A DNA stretch of 64,000 bases from Acidobacteriota bacterium (GTDB lineage: Bacteria > Acidobacteriota > CAIWXX01): contig JBFMAF010000051.1 in assembly GCA_040755995.1 (NCBI GenBank), positions 1 through 64,000 on the forward strand, given 5' to 3'. The translations under genes and the position numbers were made by a program. Shown one piece after another: positions 18,784 through 29,335 of the stretch; the stretch's first letter is position 1; the number at the start of each line of letters is the position of its first letter. The notes below the pieces were generated by a model. The model made no database searches. It was not told where the DNA came from and saw nothing but the letters and a program-made list of their open reading frames with translations.

Positions 18784-19752
18784 CTACGGCACCAGAATCA
18801 CCTTCCCGGTGGTCCTCCGTCCTTCGAGTGCGCGGTGCGCTTCGGCGACTTCGTCCAGGCGGTAGGTCGCCCCGATGCGGACCTTGAGTGCGCCTGAGGC
18901 CACCCAGCCGAGCACTTCGCCGGCGCGCGCCAGCAGCTCTTCACGCGTCGAGATGTAGTGGAACAGGCTCGGGCGGGTGAGAAAGAGCGATCCCTTCGCA
19001 GCCAGCACTCCGGGATCGAACGGCGGGACAGGACCGCTCGACTGGCCGAAAAGCACGAGCATGCCCCGCGGGGCGAGGCAGTTGAGGCTCTTCTCGAAAG
19101 TGCTCCGCCCGACCGAATCGTAAGCGACCTGCACTCCCTTGCCATTGGTAAGACGCTTGACCTCGAGCTCGAAGTCCTGAGTGTCGTAAAGGATCACATC
19201 GCCGGCGCCGGCTTCATGCGCCAGCCGCGCTTTCTCCTGCGTGCCGGCGGTCCCGATCACCCGGGCTCCGCACATCCGTGCGATCTGGCACAGCAACAGG
19301 CCCACGCCGCCGGCGGCGGCGTGCACGAGGCACGTATGCCCCGATTGGAGCCGGAATGTAGATCGCATCAGGTAGTGCGCGGTCATGCCCTGCAGCATGA
19401 CGGCGGCAGCGGTCCGGTCGTCGACCCCTGCCGGCACTTTGACCAGCCTCTCGGCGGGCACGATGTTGTAATCGGCGTACGAACCGGGGACGCCGGTCCA
19501 GGCGACGCGATCGCCGGCAGCCAATGTGGTCACCTCCGCCGCGACCTGTTCCACCGTTCCAGCCCCCTCCAGCCCCAGCGCGTAGGGCAGGGGGTTCTTG
19601 TATAGACCCGTTCGCTGATACACGTCGATGAAGTTCAGTCCGCAAGCGGCGATGCGGACGAGGGCAGTTCCTGGAGGGACACTATCCACCTCCGTCTCCT
19701 CGATCCGCAGCACCTCTGGGCCTCCGAATTCGCGAATCACAACTCTTCTCAT
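18784..19752 (-). CDS. qor: NADPH:quinone oxidoreductase (zeta-crystallin type)
   Basis: GGPEVL, GLNFIDVYQRTG, LQGMTAHYL, HAAAGGVG, GSLFLTRP. Confidence 0.95.
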   Translation of the reverse strand: MRRVVIREFGGPEVLRIEETEVDSVPPGTALVRIAACGLNFIDVYQRTGLYKNPLPYALGLEGAGTVEQVAAEVTTLAAGDRVAWTGVPGSYADYNIVPAERLVKVPAGVDDRTAAAVMLQGMTAHYLMRSTFRLQSGHTCLVHAAAGGVGLLLCQIARMCGARVIGTAGTQEKARLAHEAGAGDVILYDTQDFELEVKRLTNGKGVQVAYDSVGRSTFEKSLNCLAPRGMLVLFGQSSGPVPPFDPGVLAAKGSLFLTRPSLFHYISTREELLARAGEVLGWVASGALKVRIGATYRLDEVAEAHRALEGRRTTGKVILVP

Positions 19753-19807
19753 CGTCAAGTCTCCTGTAGAGAAAAACCACCCGGCCACTGCAGACCCTGA
19801 TTCAAAT

Positions 19808-22800
19808 CTACCACGCATCCAGGGGCAGCTGTCTGAAGCGTGACACTCTCTTTCGGCACGACTGGTATTTCCTCATATTGCCAACCGAACGGTAGAGCTC
19901 GGCGGCTTCCTCGTATCGCTTGAGACGCTCGAGCATGCGCGCTGCCTCTTCCTTCAGGCCGGCTTCCGAGTAGAGCCGGTACGCATGCTCGTATCGCTTC
20001 TCTAGCTCAAGCAAGTAGGCCGCTGTGGGCAGATCCCCCGACTTCACGAGTGCACTGACGGCATGCTCCAGATCGCCGATGGCACGGTACACCCTTGCTG
20101 CCTCTGCTGTCTTTCCCTCCTTCATCAGCCATTCCGCCGCGCGGTCACCCTGTCCGATTGAAATGAGGCACGCCTTGTTGTTCACGGTCGGCTCCAAATG
20201 CACCCAACACCGCTGCGCATCCACCGTCCAATCACCGCACAGATACCAGAGCCCAGCCGCCTCCGTTCGGCCGGCTGCCTCCAGGCGCCGCCCTCGCATG
20301 TTCGCATCACGCGACCACTGCTGCCGGCCGGTCTTGCTCCAGTATTGGGCAGCCTCCCTGCAGGTCGTCAGCGCCCTGTCGTACACCCCGAGCTGCTCCC
20401 ACAACTCGACAAGGAAATCCAAGGGGAAGAGGTTCCGATGCGGCTCAACGAGCCTTTCCACCAAGCCCAGAGTCTCTGCGCTGCGGTCTGCGGCGAACCA
20501 TGCCCGGAAGAGCGTCGACAATTCGTCGGCGATGCGCCTCTGGGCCGCGGTTCCGGCGCGCCGATCCTCCAAGGCGCTGGACAACTGGGCGGCAGCAGCC
20601 TCATAGGTGCCTGTCTCGCGACAGTGCTTGATCAGACTCTGGTAATCCCCGAGCTGCATCCAGCACCGAATCGCCCTGGCGGAATTGCCGGCGAGTACCG
20701 CGCAGGACGCGGCCTCCGCCAATTGCATGGCTTGCTCGTAGGCGACCGAAGCCGCAAGATACAGCCTGGTGGTCCGCATCGACTTCGCGAACGCCTCCAA
20801 CGACGCGCGCTCGCCTCCCGCCTTCTCCTGCACCCTCCAAACATGGCAGCAGGTGCTCAAGACGGGATGGCCGTTCCGGCGATCGGCAACGCTATGGGCG
20901 TAAGCCAATGCGGCATCCTTGTAAAGTCCGCCTCTGAGGTATGCATCGGCCGCCTTGTCCATGTCCCCCGCTGTCCGATATGTCTCAGCCGCCAACGCCC
21001 ACACCCCCGCGGCCTCCCACTCCACCGCAGCCTCCGACACCCGATCGAGTACCGCCAGGCGCAACGCGCGGCGAGCGTGGTCCGCGCCGCTCTTGGGCGC
21101 CATCTGCAGTTCCTGTTCGAAGCGGTCACGGAGGGCCGGGTTCAGTCCCTTCCGGTAGTGCTCGATTGCCTCGCGCCATGATCTTCTACGTTCGTAGTAA
21201 TCCCCCACACCCTGGAAGTCGCTCATCTGCAGCAGGCAGCGAAGAAGGGCGTCGTCCCGTCGCAGCTTCTTCCAGATCCGCGCGGCCTCCGCGTAGAGCC
21301 CGGCGGCCTCGTAGCAACGGCCCGCGTCCTCCAGTCGCTTTGTCCTCAAGTAGAGCGCGGCCGCCTTCCCAAGATCTTTGGCTTGTTCGTAGGCGCCAGC
21401 AGCTTCTTCGTACATCTTGCGGCGTTCGCAGAGCACCGCCATGCGGCCGGGGCGCCCGGCCTTCTTCCAGCACTCTATCGCCCGGTCGAGATTCTTCTGC
21501 TCTTCCCAGAGCTCGGCGAGCTCCTCATACCGATTCCCCTTCTCCAGCAGCCGGATGCGACACAGGAGCGCGCGCTGCTTCTCGCGCAGCCGCTGCCAGA
21601 TCGCCAGGGCCTTCGCGGGCTCGCCCGCCAGCTCATACGCCTCGGCTGCGCGGCGATGCTCACCGATGGTCTCCCAACCCGCGGCGGCCGCAGAGAACTC
21701 CCGGCTCTTCTCGTGCGCAGTGGCCATGGCCCGGTGCATGAGCTCTGGCTGGCCGGCGTTCCTGTAGCATTCCGCCGCCGCTCGATAGTGCTCGTGATCG
21801 ACGAAGTAGTCTGCCTGCCGCTTCCAGTCCTCCGGCGACGACGTGGTGCGCCAGCTCAAGTCAAGTACGTCCAGGGTTGATGTGCGATAGACCAGATCGC
21901 CTATTTCGTTCAGCGACCAGACTGACGACGGCTTGGGGCCGTCATAGACGATCAGGTCCTGCTGAGCGCGTGTGATCCCGACATAGAGCAGGTTTATCTC
22001 GTGGCGAATGTGTTGATCGTGGATGCGCGCGGTCTGGGCGCTCTGGATCTTCGCCCAGAGGTCTGCAACGCCCGCTTCGGAGGAGAACTTCCAGAGCGTA
22101 ACCGCCCGGAACTCCAGGCCCTTCGCCTCGCGAATCGTGAAGACCAGCTCGGTGCCTAGCCTCTCCTTCAGCCTGTCCCTCTCGGCATCGGTGCGAGTCA
22201 AGATCGTCTGATCGGCGGCCGTCACGCGCAGTCGACCAAGGAAGGTGTCCTCTTCGATCCCATGCAGTAGACAGGGCGGCCTGCCCTGGTACTTCCATTC
22301 GTCCATCCTCTCGTCGCTCTGGACGCCGAGCAGGTTCTGCTTGACGCGGAGGAACGCGTTTGCCAGGCTCACGATGCTGCCCACGCAGCGGAAGTTGAGC
22401 GTGAGGTAGTTCACCGGCGGGACCGGCTCACCGCGATCATAGAAGAGCTGCTTCACTTCTTCCCATCGAAAGCCGCTGGGATTGACGATCTGCTTGGGAT
22501 CACCTGCGAGCACTAGCCCCCGCGGATGATGCGGCAGACGCACGATGAGAGAGAGTTGGATGTCGGTGAAGTCCTGCACCTCGTCGCAGCAGACCAGGTC
22601 GTAATGCGGCCGGCCCGTCGCGCCGGCGTCGATCGTCCGTATAGCGGCGCGCGCCATATCGATTTCATCCCAGAGACCCGCGGCAGCGAGGCGCGCCTGG
22701 TACCATTGCGCCACAGCGTAGATGTCGCTGCGATCGTGCTGGAAGACGGGCGCGCGCTTGCGCCCGAGCTGCTCGTATTCGAGCAGCGTCATGAGAGGTG

Positions 22801-24016
22801 CGGCGAAATTGGCCTCGTGCGACTTCATCTGGGTCGCGACGGAGCGGAGCGCCTTGAGCACCGCGGCGCGATTCCTTCTCAGGTGTTTCTCCAGGTTGAG
22901 GCACAGGTCGCCGGAGGAGACGCCGGCGACGCGCCGGATCACCGAATCCGCCTTTTCGAAGACGCTCGTGTTGCGAATCGCCAGAATCTCCTCGCGCAGG
23001 TCGTTCGTATCCTCCCGGCCGTCTTGCATCCGTTCGTGCATGTCTACCAGCTTCAGGAGCCGCGCCGGATCGAGGTGTGGTTTCGCGCCCTTGACGATTG
23101 ACCGGATTTCCTCCCAGACCAGCGCTGCATCGTATTTCTCCGAGAGCGGATGCTTGGCGTAGAGGACGCGGAACGACGGGAAGTCGACCTCCCTGTTGGG
23201 GATGAACCTGGAATCGGCTCCGGGCACCAGCCGGAGGCAGAGGTCACGAAAGGTCAGGAAATCCGGAGGCGAGGAGTCGTCGCGTCCGGAGTGCGCCGCT
23301 AGGCTGCGGTAGAGGCGCTCGGAGAAGTCCCGGAGATGGCGATTGTAGGTGAGCAGGAGACGAGGGCGCCCGAGCAGCGACGAGCGGAGCAGGTAGTAGA
23401 CCGACAGCGTAGTCTTGCCGCTTCCCGCGGTTCCGGAGATCAGGAGCGGCGGATTTCTGTCGAGCAACTCGACCTGCTCGTTTGTGAGGTAGAGCGAGAG
23501 ATCGAGATCTCCGCCCGAGTAAAGCAGCAGGCGCTTCCATTGGGTGTCATCCAGGAGGAACCAACGCTGCGAGCCCGTCTCCTGAGCCGACCGCTCCTCG
23601 ATGGACTCCTGCGTGAAGCAGCTCGCGTCCAGCCGATCGAGCTCCACCTGCTGCACCTGCTCGACTGTGCAGTCGGTGAACGACAGAAACGGGGCGTCTT
23701 CCGGGACGATGGCGCGTGCCCGCTGGCCGACCGCCTCGTGCGGGACGACGCACCACACGTATACCAGCAGCTCGGTCTCGCCATCCGGCGAGCGGCCGCG
23801 TCCGAGCGTGAGCAGAACCCTTTCGGTGCGGCTGACCCGTCCCTCGAGCACTGTCTTGCGAGAGATGCCCGTGAGCTTCCGAATCCGCAAGGCGCTTTCC
23901 CACATCCCGTTCTCGAGGTACTCGAACGCCTTCCGCATCCTCTCCCTCGTCTCGCGCGACGCGCCGAGGATGTACCTCTTGACGCTGTCGTTAATGAGGA
24001 CCTTGCAGAATGTCAT
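19808..24016 (-). CDS. UvrD-like SF1 helicase with N-terminal RelE-like region and long C-terminal TPR array (TRANK1-like)
   Basis: GTAGSGKTT, CCDEVQD, AGDPKQ, LTLNFR, TIREAKGLEF, LLYVGITRA, then SSPEDW..A..CY and many AA..YE.AG repeats. Confidence 0.85.
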   Translation of the reverse strand: MTFCKVLINDSVKRYILGASRETRERMRKAFEYLENGMWESALRIRKLTGISRKTVLEGRVSRTERVLLTLGRGRSPDGETELLVYVWCVVPHEAVGQRARAIVPEDAPFLSFTDCTVEQVQQVELDRLDASCFTQESIEERSAQETGSQRWFLLDDTQWKRLLLYSGGDLDLSLYLTNEQVELLDRNPPLLISGTAGSGKTTLSVYYLLRSSLLGRPRLLLTYNRHLRDFSERLYRSLAAHSGRDDSSPPDFLTFRDLCLRLVPGADSRFIPNREVDFPSFRVLYAKHPLSEKYDAALVWEEIRSIVKGAKPHLDPARLLKLVDMHERMQDGREDTNDLREEILAIRNTSVFEKADSVIRRVAGVSSGDLCLNLEKHLRRNRAAVLKALRSVATQMKSHEANFAAPLMTLLEYEQLGRKRAPVFQHDRSDIYAVAQWYQARLAAAGLWDEIDMARAAIRTIDAGATGRPHYDLVCCDEVQDFTDIQLSLIVRLPHHPRGLVLAGDPKQIVNPSGFRWEEVKQLFYDRGEPVPPVNYLTLNFRCVGSIVSLANAFLRVKQNLLGVQSDERMDEWKYQGRPPCLLHGIEEDTFLGRLRVTAADQTILTRTDAERDRLKERLGTELVFTIREAKGLEFRAVTLWKFSSEAGVADLWAKIQSAQTARIHDQHIRHEINLLYVGITRAQQDLIVYDGPKPSSVWSLNEIGDLVYRTSTLDVLDLSWRTTSSPEDWKRQADYFVDHEHYRAAAECYRNAGQPELMHRAMATAHEKSREFSAAAAGWETIGEHRRAAEAYELAGEPAKALAIWQRLREKQRALLCRIRLLEKGNRYEELAELWEEQKNLDRAIECWKKAGRPGRMAVLCERRKMYEEAAGAYEQAKDLGKAAALYLRTKRLEDAGRCYEAAGLYAEAARIWKKLRRDDALLRCLLQMSDFQGVGDYYERRRSWREAIEHYRKGLNPALRDRFEQELQMAPKSGADHARRALRLAVLDRVSEAAVEWEAAGVWALAAETYRTAGDMDKAADAYLRGGLYKDAALAYAHSVADRRNGHPVLSTCCHVWRVQEKAGGERASLEAFAKSMRTTRLYLAASVAYEQAMQLAEAASCAVLAGNSARAIRCWMQLGDYQSLIKHCRETGTYEAAAAQLSSALEDRRAGTAAQRRIADELSTLFRAWFAADRSAETLGLVERLVEPHRNLFPLDFLVELWEQLGVYDRALTTCREAAQYWSKTGRQQWSRDANMRGRRLEAAGRTEAAGLWYLCGDWTVDAQRCWVHLEPTVNNKACLISIGQGDRAAEWLMKEGKTAEAARVYRAIGDLEHAVSALVKSGDLPTAAYLLELEKRYEHAYRLYSEAGLKEEAARMLERLKRYEEAAELYRSVGNMRKYQSCRKRVSRFRQLPLDAW

Positions 24017-24126
24017 GCGAAAAAGGGACAAGGGGAAAGGAGAAAGGGACTAGGGCAGAGGTGAGAGGGAGGCGCAATTGAGTGACGAGCGAAGTTTTCC
24101 CTTTCACCTTTCCCCTTTCGCCTCAT

Positions 24127-25044
24127 TCAGCGGGGAGCGATGCGGCACTGGCCAACGACGTCCGGGAGCCTCTTGTTATGCCTTGCGAGGTACTCGGCTA
24201 TGCCCTGCAATATCTCGACCGATGCGCGCGGGTTGACGAAGTTGGCGGTTCCCACCTGGACCGCGCTGGCCCCGGCCATGAAGAACTCGATCGCGTCGCG
24301 CCATTCGACTATGCCCCCGGCACCGATGACTGGGATCTCTACGACCTGGGCCACCTGGTAGACCATGCGGAGGGCGATCGGGCGGATGGCCGGACCGGAG
24401 AGGCCGCCCATGCCGGTGGCCAGTCGAGGCTCGCCGGTCTCGATGTTGATCGCCATGCCGAGGACCGTGTTGATCACCGACAGCGCGTCGGCTCCACCCT
24501 CCTGCGCGCTCATCGCGATGGCGGCTATGTCGGTCACGTTGGGCGAGAGCTTCACGACAAGAGGTTTCTGCGTGACCCTGCGGACACGCGTCACAAGCGC
24601 GTACGTCTCTTGCTGGCTCATACCCGGGCATCGGCCGTTGGCCCGGATGTTCGGACACGAGATATTCAGCTCCAGCGCGTGAACGCCGTCCGTTTCGTCA
24701 CAGACGCGACTGACATCTTCGTATTCCTCTTCGGTCGAACCGCAGACATTGACGATGACTGTGGCACGGCGCTCCAGCAGCGGCGGCAGCTTCTCGGCGA
24801 CGAACGCGCGGATGCCTATGCCGGGGAGCCCGATGGAATTGAGCATCCCCGAGGGGGTTTCCCAGGTGCGTGGCGGAGGGTTGCCCACGCGAGGCGACAT
24901 GTAGAGGCCCTTGACTACGATGCCACCGAGCTCCGCCAGATCCACAAACTGCGCGATCTCCTCGCCGTACCCCACGCAGCCGCTCGCGAGGAGCACCGGG
25001 TTGCGCAGCCTCAGCGACCCTATGCTTACTTCAAGTCCTTCCAT
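24127..25044 (-). CDS. pyrD: Dihydroorotate dehydrogenase B, catalytic subunit
   Basis: LRNPVLLASG, MLNSIGL, ELNISCPN, VKLSPNV, GGLSGPAIRP. Confidence 0.95.
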   Translation of the reverse strand: MEGLEVSIGSLRLRNPVLLASGCVGYGEEIAQFVDLAELGGIVVKGLYMSPRVGNPPPRTWETPSGMLNSIGLPGIGIRAFVAEKLPPLLERRATVIVNVCGSTEEEYEDVSRVCDETDGVHALELNISCPNIRANGRCPGMSQQETYALVTRVRRVTQKPLVVKLSPNVTDIAAIAMSAQEGGADALSVINTVLGMAINIETGEPRLATGMGGLSGPAIRPIALRMVYQVAQVVEIPVIGAGGIVEWRDAIEFFMAGASAVQVGTANFVNPRASVEILQGIAEYLARHNKRLPDVVGQCRIAPR

Positions 25045-25805
25045 CGTATGTCCCTCGACGAAAAGATCGGACCGTCCACACAAACGCGTTTGAACCCGGC
25101 CTCGCCCGCGGGGATCGCGCATCCCATGCAGATGCCGAATCCACAAGCCATGTTCGCTTCCATCGAGAGCTCTGTTCTGATGTCCCCGGCGAGGTCCGCA
25201 ACCTTGTGCAGCAGGGCGTGCGGGCCGCAGGCGTAGACGATCGGAGGCCTGTGATCGCTCAGATACGCGGCGATCGGCTCCGTGATCAGCCCCTTGGTCC
25301 CCATGCTGCCGTCCTCGGTTGTGACGACCATCTCGTGAGTCCGCCGTGCAAAGAACCCGGTCTCCACGATCTGGCCCTGTGTGCGCCCGCCGTAGAAGAG
25401 CACCGGAGCGCATCTCTGGAGGCGGCGGACCAGCTCGAAAAACGGGGCGATCCCACGGCCTCCGGCGACGATCACCGGACGCATGTCCGTGACCTCGCTG
25501 AAGGCCCTGCCCAACGGCCCCAGGATCTTCACCGAATCGCCGGGCCGCAGCGAGGCAAGCCGAGCTGTGCCCTTGCCCAGCGACTGAAAGACGAAGTAGA
25601 GCACACCGCGCTCCTCCATCGCTATCGAAAACGGGCGCGGCAGCAGCGGCTCGCAGCCGAGCGACAGCATCGCGAACTGCCCTGGCCGCATCTCCTTCGC
25701 GATGGGTTCCGCCTTGATGGCCAGGCGGACATACTCCTTGAGCGGCTCGATCGAAACAACCTGCGCGGTCAGGTAATGTGGCATAGCCATGACCTCAGGC
25801 GTCAT
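25026..25805 (-). CDS. pyrK: Dihydroorotate dehydrogenase electron-transfer subunit
   Basis: PGQF, RPFS, GPLG, ACGP, MACGFGICMGC, CVDGP. Confidence 0.93.
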   Translation of the reverse strand: MTPEVMAMPHYLTAQVVSIEPLKEYVRLAIKAEPIAKEMRPGQFAMLSLGCEPLLPRPFSIAMEERGVLYFVFQSLGKGTARLASLRPGDSVKILGPLGRAFSEVTDMRPVIVAGGRGIAPFFELVRRLQRCAPVLFYGGRTQGQIVETGFFARRTHEMVVTTEDGSMGTKGLITEPIAAYLSDHRPPIVYACGPHALLHKVADLAGDIRTELSMEANMACGFGICMGCAIPAGEAGFKRVCVDGPIFSSRDIRWKDLK

Positions 25806-26024
25806 TCTATCACGGCTACCCTGACCGCGGGGTCGGGGGGTACATCGGCGGCCTGCCGGGGGGACGTTCCGGCGCTCCTGCCTCAGGTGGGCCGGTCCAT
25901 CCGCAGATCACGCAGATTTGAGTCGATTTCGCAGATCGCACCGATACTGAATGAGCAGAGCCGTCTGCGTCATCTCCTGGGATCTGCGCAGTCTGCGGAT
26001 CCTCACGCACCCCGCACCGCTCAG

Positions 26025-27299
26025 CTACTCGTACCGGAGTGCGTCGATGGGGTCGAGGCGGGAGGCCTTCATGGCCGGGTAGACGCCGAAGATCGCTCCT
26101 GTGAACGCGGCGAACGCGAGACTCGACAATATCACCCAGATCGGGATGTAAGCGGGCGGGAAGGTCTCCGCAACGGTGCTGCGCAGCAGCCACACGACAA
26201 GGTGTGCGAGTCCCGCTCCGCAGCCCAATCCCAGGACGCCGCCGAGTGTCGAGAGTGTGACCGATTCGATGAGGAACTGGTAGAGGATATGGCGTCGCCT
26301 GGCGCCCACCGCCATTCGGATGCCGATTTCGCGAGTTCGCTCCGTCACCGACACCAGCATGATGTTCATGATGCCTATGCCGCCGACTACGAGCGTTATG
26401 CTCACGATAGCCGCCACGATGAGCGTAGAGATGGACGTGAACTTCTTTATCTGACGCTGTAGTTCTTCGCTGGTGAAGATGCGGAAATCGTCAGTGGCGC
26501 CGGCCCGCAGGCCATGCTCGCGCCTGAGCACGTTGCTGATCCGCTCCACGGCCTGGTCCATCCTGGCTGCGTCGTGCACCTGGACTCCGATGAAGATGTT
26601 GCGCGCTGTTTCCGGGCCGTACTGCACGATGGCCGTGGTCAATGGGATGAAGACTTGGTCGTCTTGGCTTTGACCGAACCTTGCGCCCTTCTTCTCCAGA
26701 ACGCCGACGATCAAGTAAGACCCGCGTCCGATCTGGATCTCTGTGCCCAGGCACTGCGTGGGCAACGCCAGCTTGTCGAGGATGTCCTGGCCGATCACGC
26801 AGACCTTGCGGCGAGCGGCCACGTCCATGGGGGCAAGAAAGCGGCCCAGCTCGGGATAGAAAGAGTACATCCCCGAATAGGATTCCATCGTACCGACGAC
26901 CTGAGAGCTATCGTGGCGCCCGTGATATGCAATCGAGTCGGAGTGCAGGACGAACGGGCAGACCTCCTTCGCCTGAGGCACATCGCGTGCCAATGCCTGA
27001 GCGTCTTCGTACGTCAACTGCAGGCGCCGTATCCCCTCGATGCGCTCCTGGAACATCTCCCAGTTCGGACGGATGAACATCGTGTCGCCACCCAGCGCCT
27101 CGAAGTCGCCCAGGATCGACTGGAACACCCCTTGCATGATCGAGACTACAGCGACGACAGCCAGCACGCCGATGATGATCCCGAGCACCGTGAGGAAAGA
27201 GCGCATCTTGTTCGCGAGGATCGCGCGCAGCGCGATGCGGATCAGCTCGGCCGCCGTGCCCCAGAACCCAAAGAGGCGGCGCTTGACCTCGTTCTTCAC
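26025..27299 (-). CDS. ABC exporter permease, MacB/FtsX family
   Basis: ANKMRSFLTVLGIIIG, VGGIGIMNIMLVSVTERTREIGIR, DPIDALRYE. Confidence 0.93.
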   Translation of the reverse strand: MKNEVKRRLFGFWGTAAELIRIALRAILANKMRSFLTVLGIIIGVLAVVAVVSIMQGVFQSILGDFEALGGDTMFIRPNWEMFQERIEGIRRLQLTYEDAQALARDVPQAKEVCPFVLHSDSIAYHGRHDSSQVVGTMESYSGMYSFYPELGRFLAPMDVAARRKVCVIGQDILDKLALPTQCLGTEIQIGRGSYLIVGVLEKKGARFGQSQDDQVFIPLTTAIVQYGPETARNIFIGVQVHDAARMDQAVERISNVLRREHGLRAGATDDFRIFTSEELQRQIKKFTSISTLIVAAIVSITLVVGGIGIMNIMLVSVTERTREIGIRMAVGARRRHILYQFLIESVTLSTLGGVLGLGCGAGLAHLVVWLLRSTVAETFPPAYIPIWVILSSLAFAAFTGAIFGVYPAMKASRLDPIDALRYE

Positions 27300-27306
27300 A
27301 GCGACC

Positions 27307-28023
<717 letters not shown>

Positions 28024-28105
28024 TCTGAAATCTGAAATCTGAAATCTGGGATCTGCAATCCGATCTCAGTGCGGGCCCTCTCGGTCGAACCCGCCAAACC
28101 CACGG

Positions 28106-29323
28106 CTATTCCTCTTCCTCGCCGGTCTTCTGCTTCTTCTGAATGTCCTCGGCCTTGATCTCCTTCGGCTTCACGCGATCGCCGTCGTGCATGGTGCGGA
28201 GCAGTCGATAGGGGCCGGTGATCACCTGTGTGCCGACGTCGAGGCCGCCGAGCACTTCCGTGTAATAGTCATCCGAGAGGCCGGTCTGGATGATCTTCTT
28301 GACCACCTTCCCCTTCTCCGCGGTGAAGACGAAGAACACCTGCGACCCCTCTTTCTCCTCAGTGCGGATCGCGCCGATCGGCACGCGTACCACGTCCCTG
28401 CGCTTGTCCGCGATGAGCTTGACACGGGCGGTGATGCCGGGCCTCAACGAGCTATCCGGCTCGGTGATCGCGACCTTCACGGTAAATTGGCGTATGTTGG
28501 ACTGCACCCCTGACTGGCCGGCACGCGCGGAGGCGCCGATCTCGGTCAGCTTTCCCGCGTACTGCTTGCCGCCAAGTGCATCGACTGTGATGACTGCCGG
28601 CTGGCCCAGCTTCAGCCGGGGGAAATCGACCTCGTCCACCGGCACTTCGGTGATGATCTCGCTCAGGTCGGAGACGGTGACGATGATCGTACCGGCGAAG
28701 TTCATCGTCCCGACGATCGCCGTCTCCCCCTCCTTCGCGTTCACCGCCGTGACGATGCCGTCGATCGGCGACCGGATCGTGGTCTTGCTCAGGTTGTCCA
28801 GAGCCTTCTGGTGGAATGCCCTCGCCTGTGCCACCTGAGTCCGCGCCTGCTCGACGGCGAGTGCCGCCTGGTCCAGCGCAAGCTTCGCATCGTCATGCTG
28901 CTGGACCGACAGGACCTGGTCACGGAAGAGGTCACGGGCGCGTTCCCAGTCGAGCTTGCGCTGAGCCAGCGTCACCTCAGCCTGGCGGGCGGCGACTTCC
29001 GCCGCGTCCAGGTTGGCCTTGGACGAGTTCACGTCGCGCTCATAGAGGTCCGGATTGATGACCACGAGAACGTCGCCCTTCTTGACCGCGGCACCTTCCT
29101 TGAACGGGAGCCGCACGATCTCGCCCATCACCTGAGAGGAGATGTTGACCGTGACTTTCGCCGTGACGAGTCCCTCGGCTGTTACCGTCGGGGACACGTC
29201 GCCCTTTTGTACTTTCAGCACTTCCACCTCGTCTCCACGCTGGCCGGAACTGACAGCTGTTGCGACGATTATAGCCGCCAACGCGACGAGTATGATGGCT
29301 CCTATTACGATGCGCTTGCGCAC
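28106..29323 (-). CDS. Efflux periplasmic adaptor (MacA-like MFP)
   Basis: N-terminal TM, ISSQVMGEI, VKKGD, IRSPIDG, VDEVD. Confidence 0.92.
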   Translation of the reverse strand: MRKRIVIGAIILVALAAIIVATAVSSGQRGDEVEVLKVQKGDVSPTVTAEGLVTAKVTVNISSQVMGEIVRLPFKEGAAVKKGDVLVVINPDLYERDVNSSKANLDAAEVAARQAEVTLAQRKLDWERARDLFRDQVLSVQQHDDAKLALDQAALAVEQARTQVAQARAFHQKALDNLSKTTIRSPIDGIVTAVNAKEGETAIVGTMNFAGTIIVTVSDLSEIITEVPVDEVDFPRLKLGQPAVITVDALGGKQYAGKLTEIGASARAGQSGVQSNIRQFTVKVAITEPDSSLRPGITARVKLIADKRRDVVRVPIGAIRTEEKEGSQVFFVFTAEKGKVVKKIIQTGLSDDYYTEVLGGLDVGTQVITGPYRLLRTMHDGDRVKPKEIKAEDIQKKQKTGEEEE

Positions 29324-29335
29324 GTTGTGCTCCGA

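Larger units (their letters stand above)
16921..18853 (-). repeat. About 76-bp direct repeat of the qor 3' end (16921-16996 and 18775-18853)
   Basis: Both copies encode VAEAHRALEGRRTTGKVIL(V)P* and share GAGCTGC beyond the stop. Confidence 0.9.
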
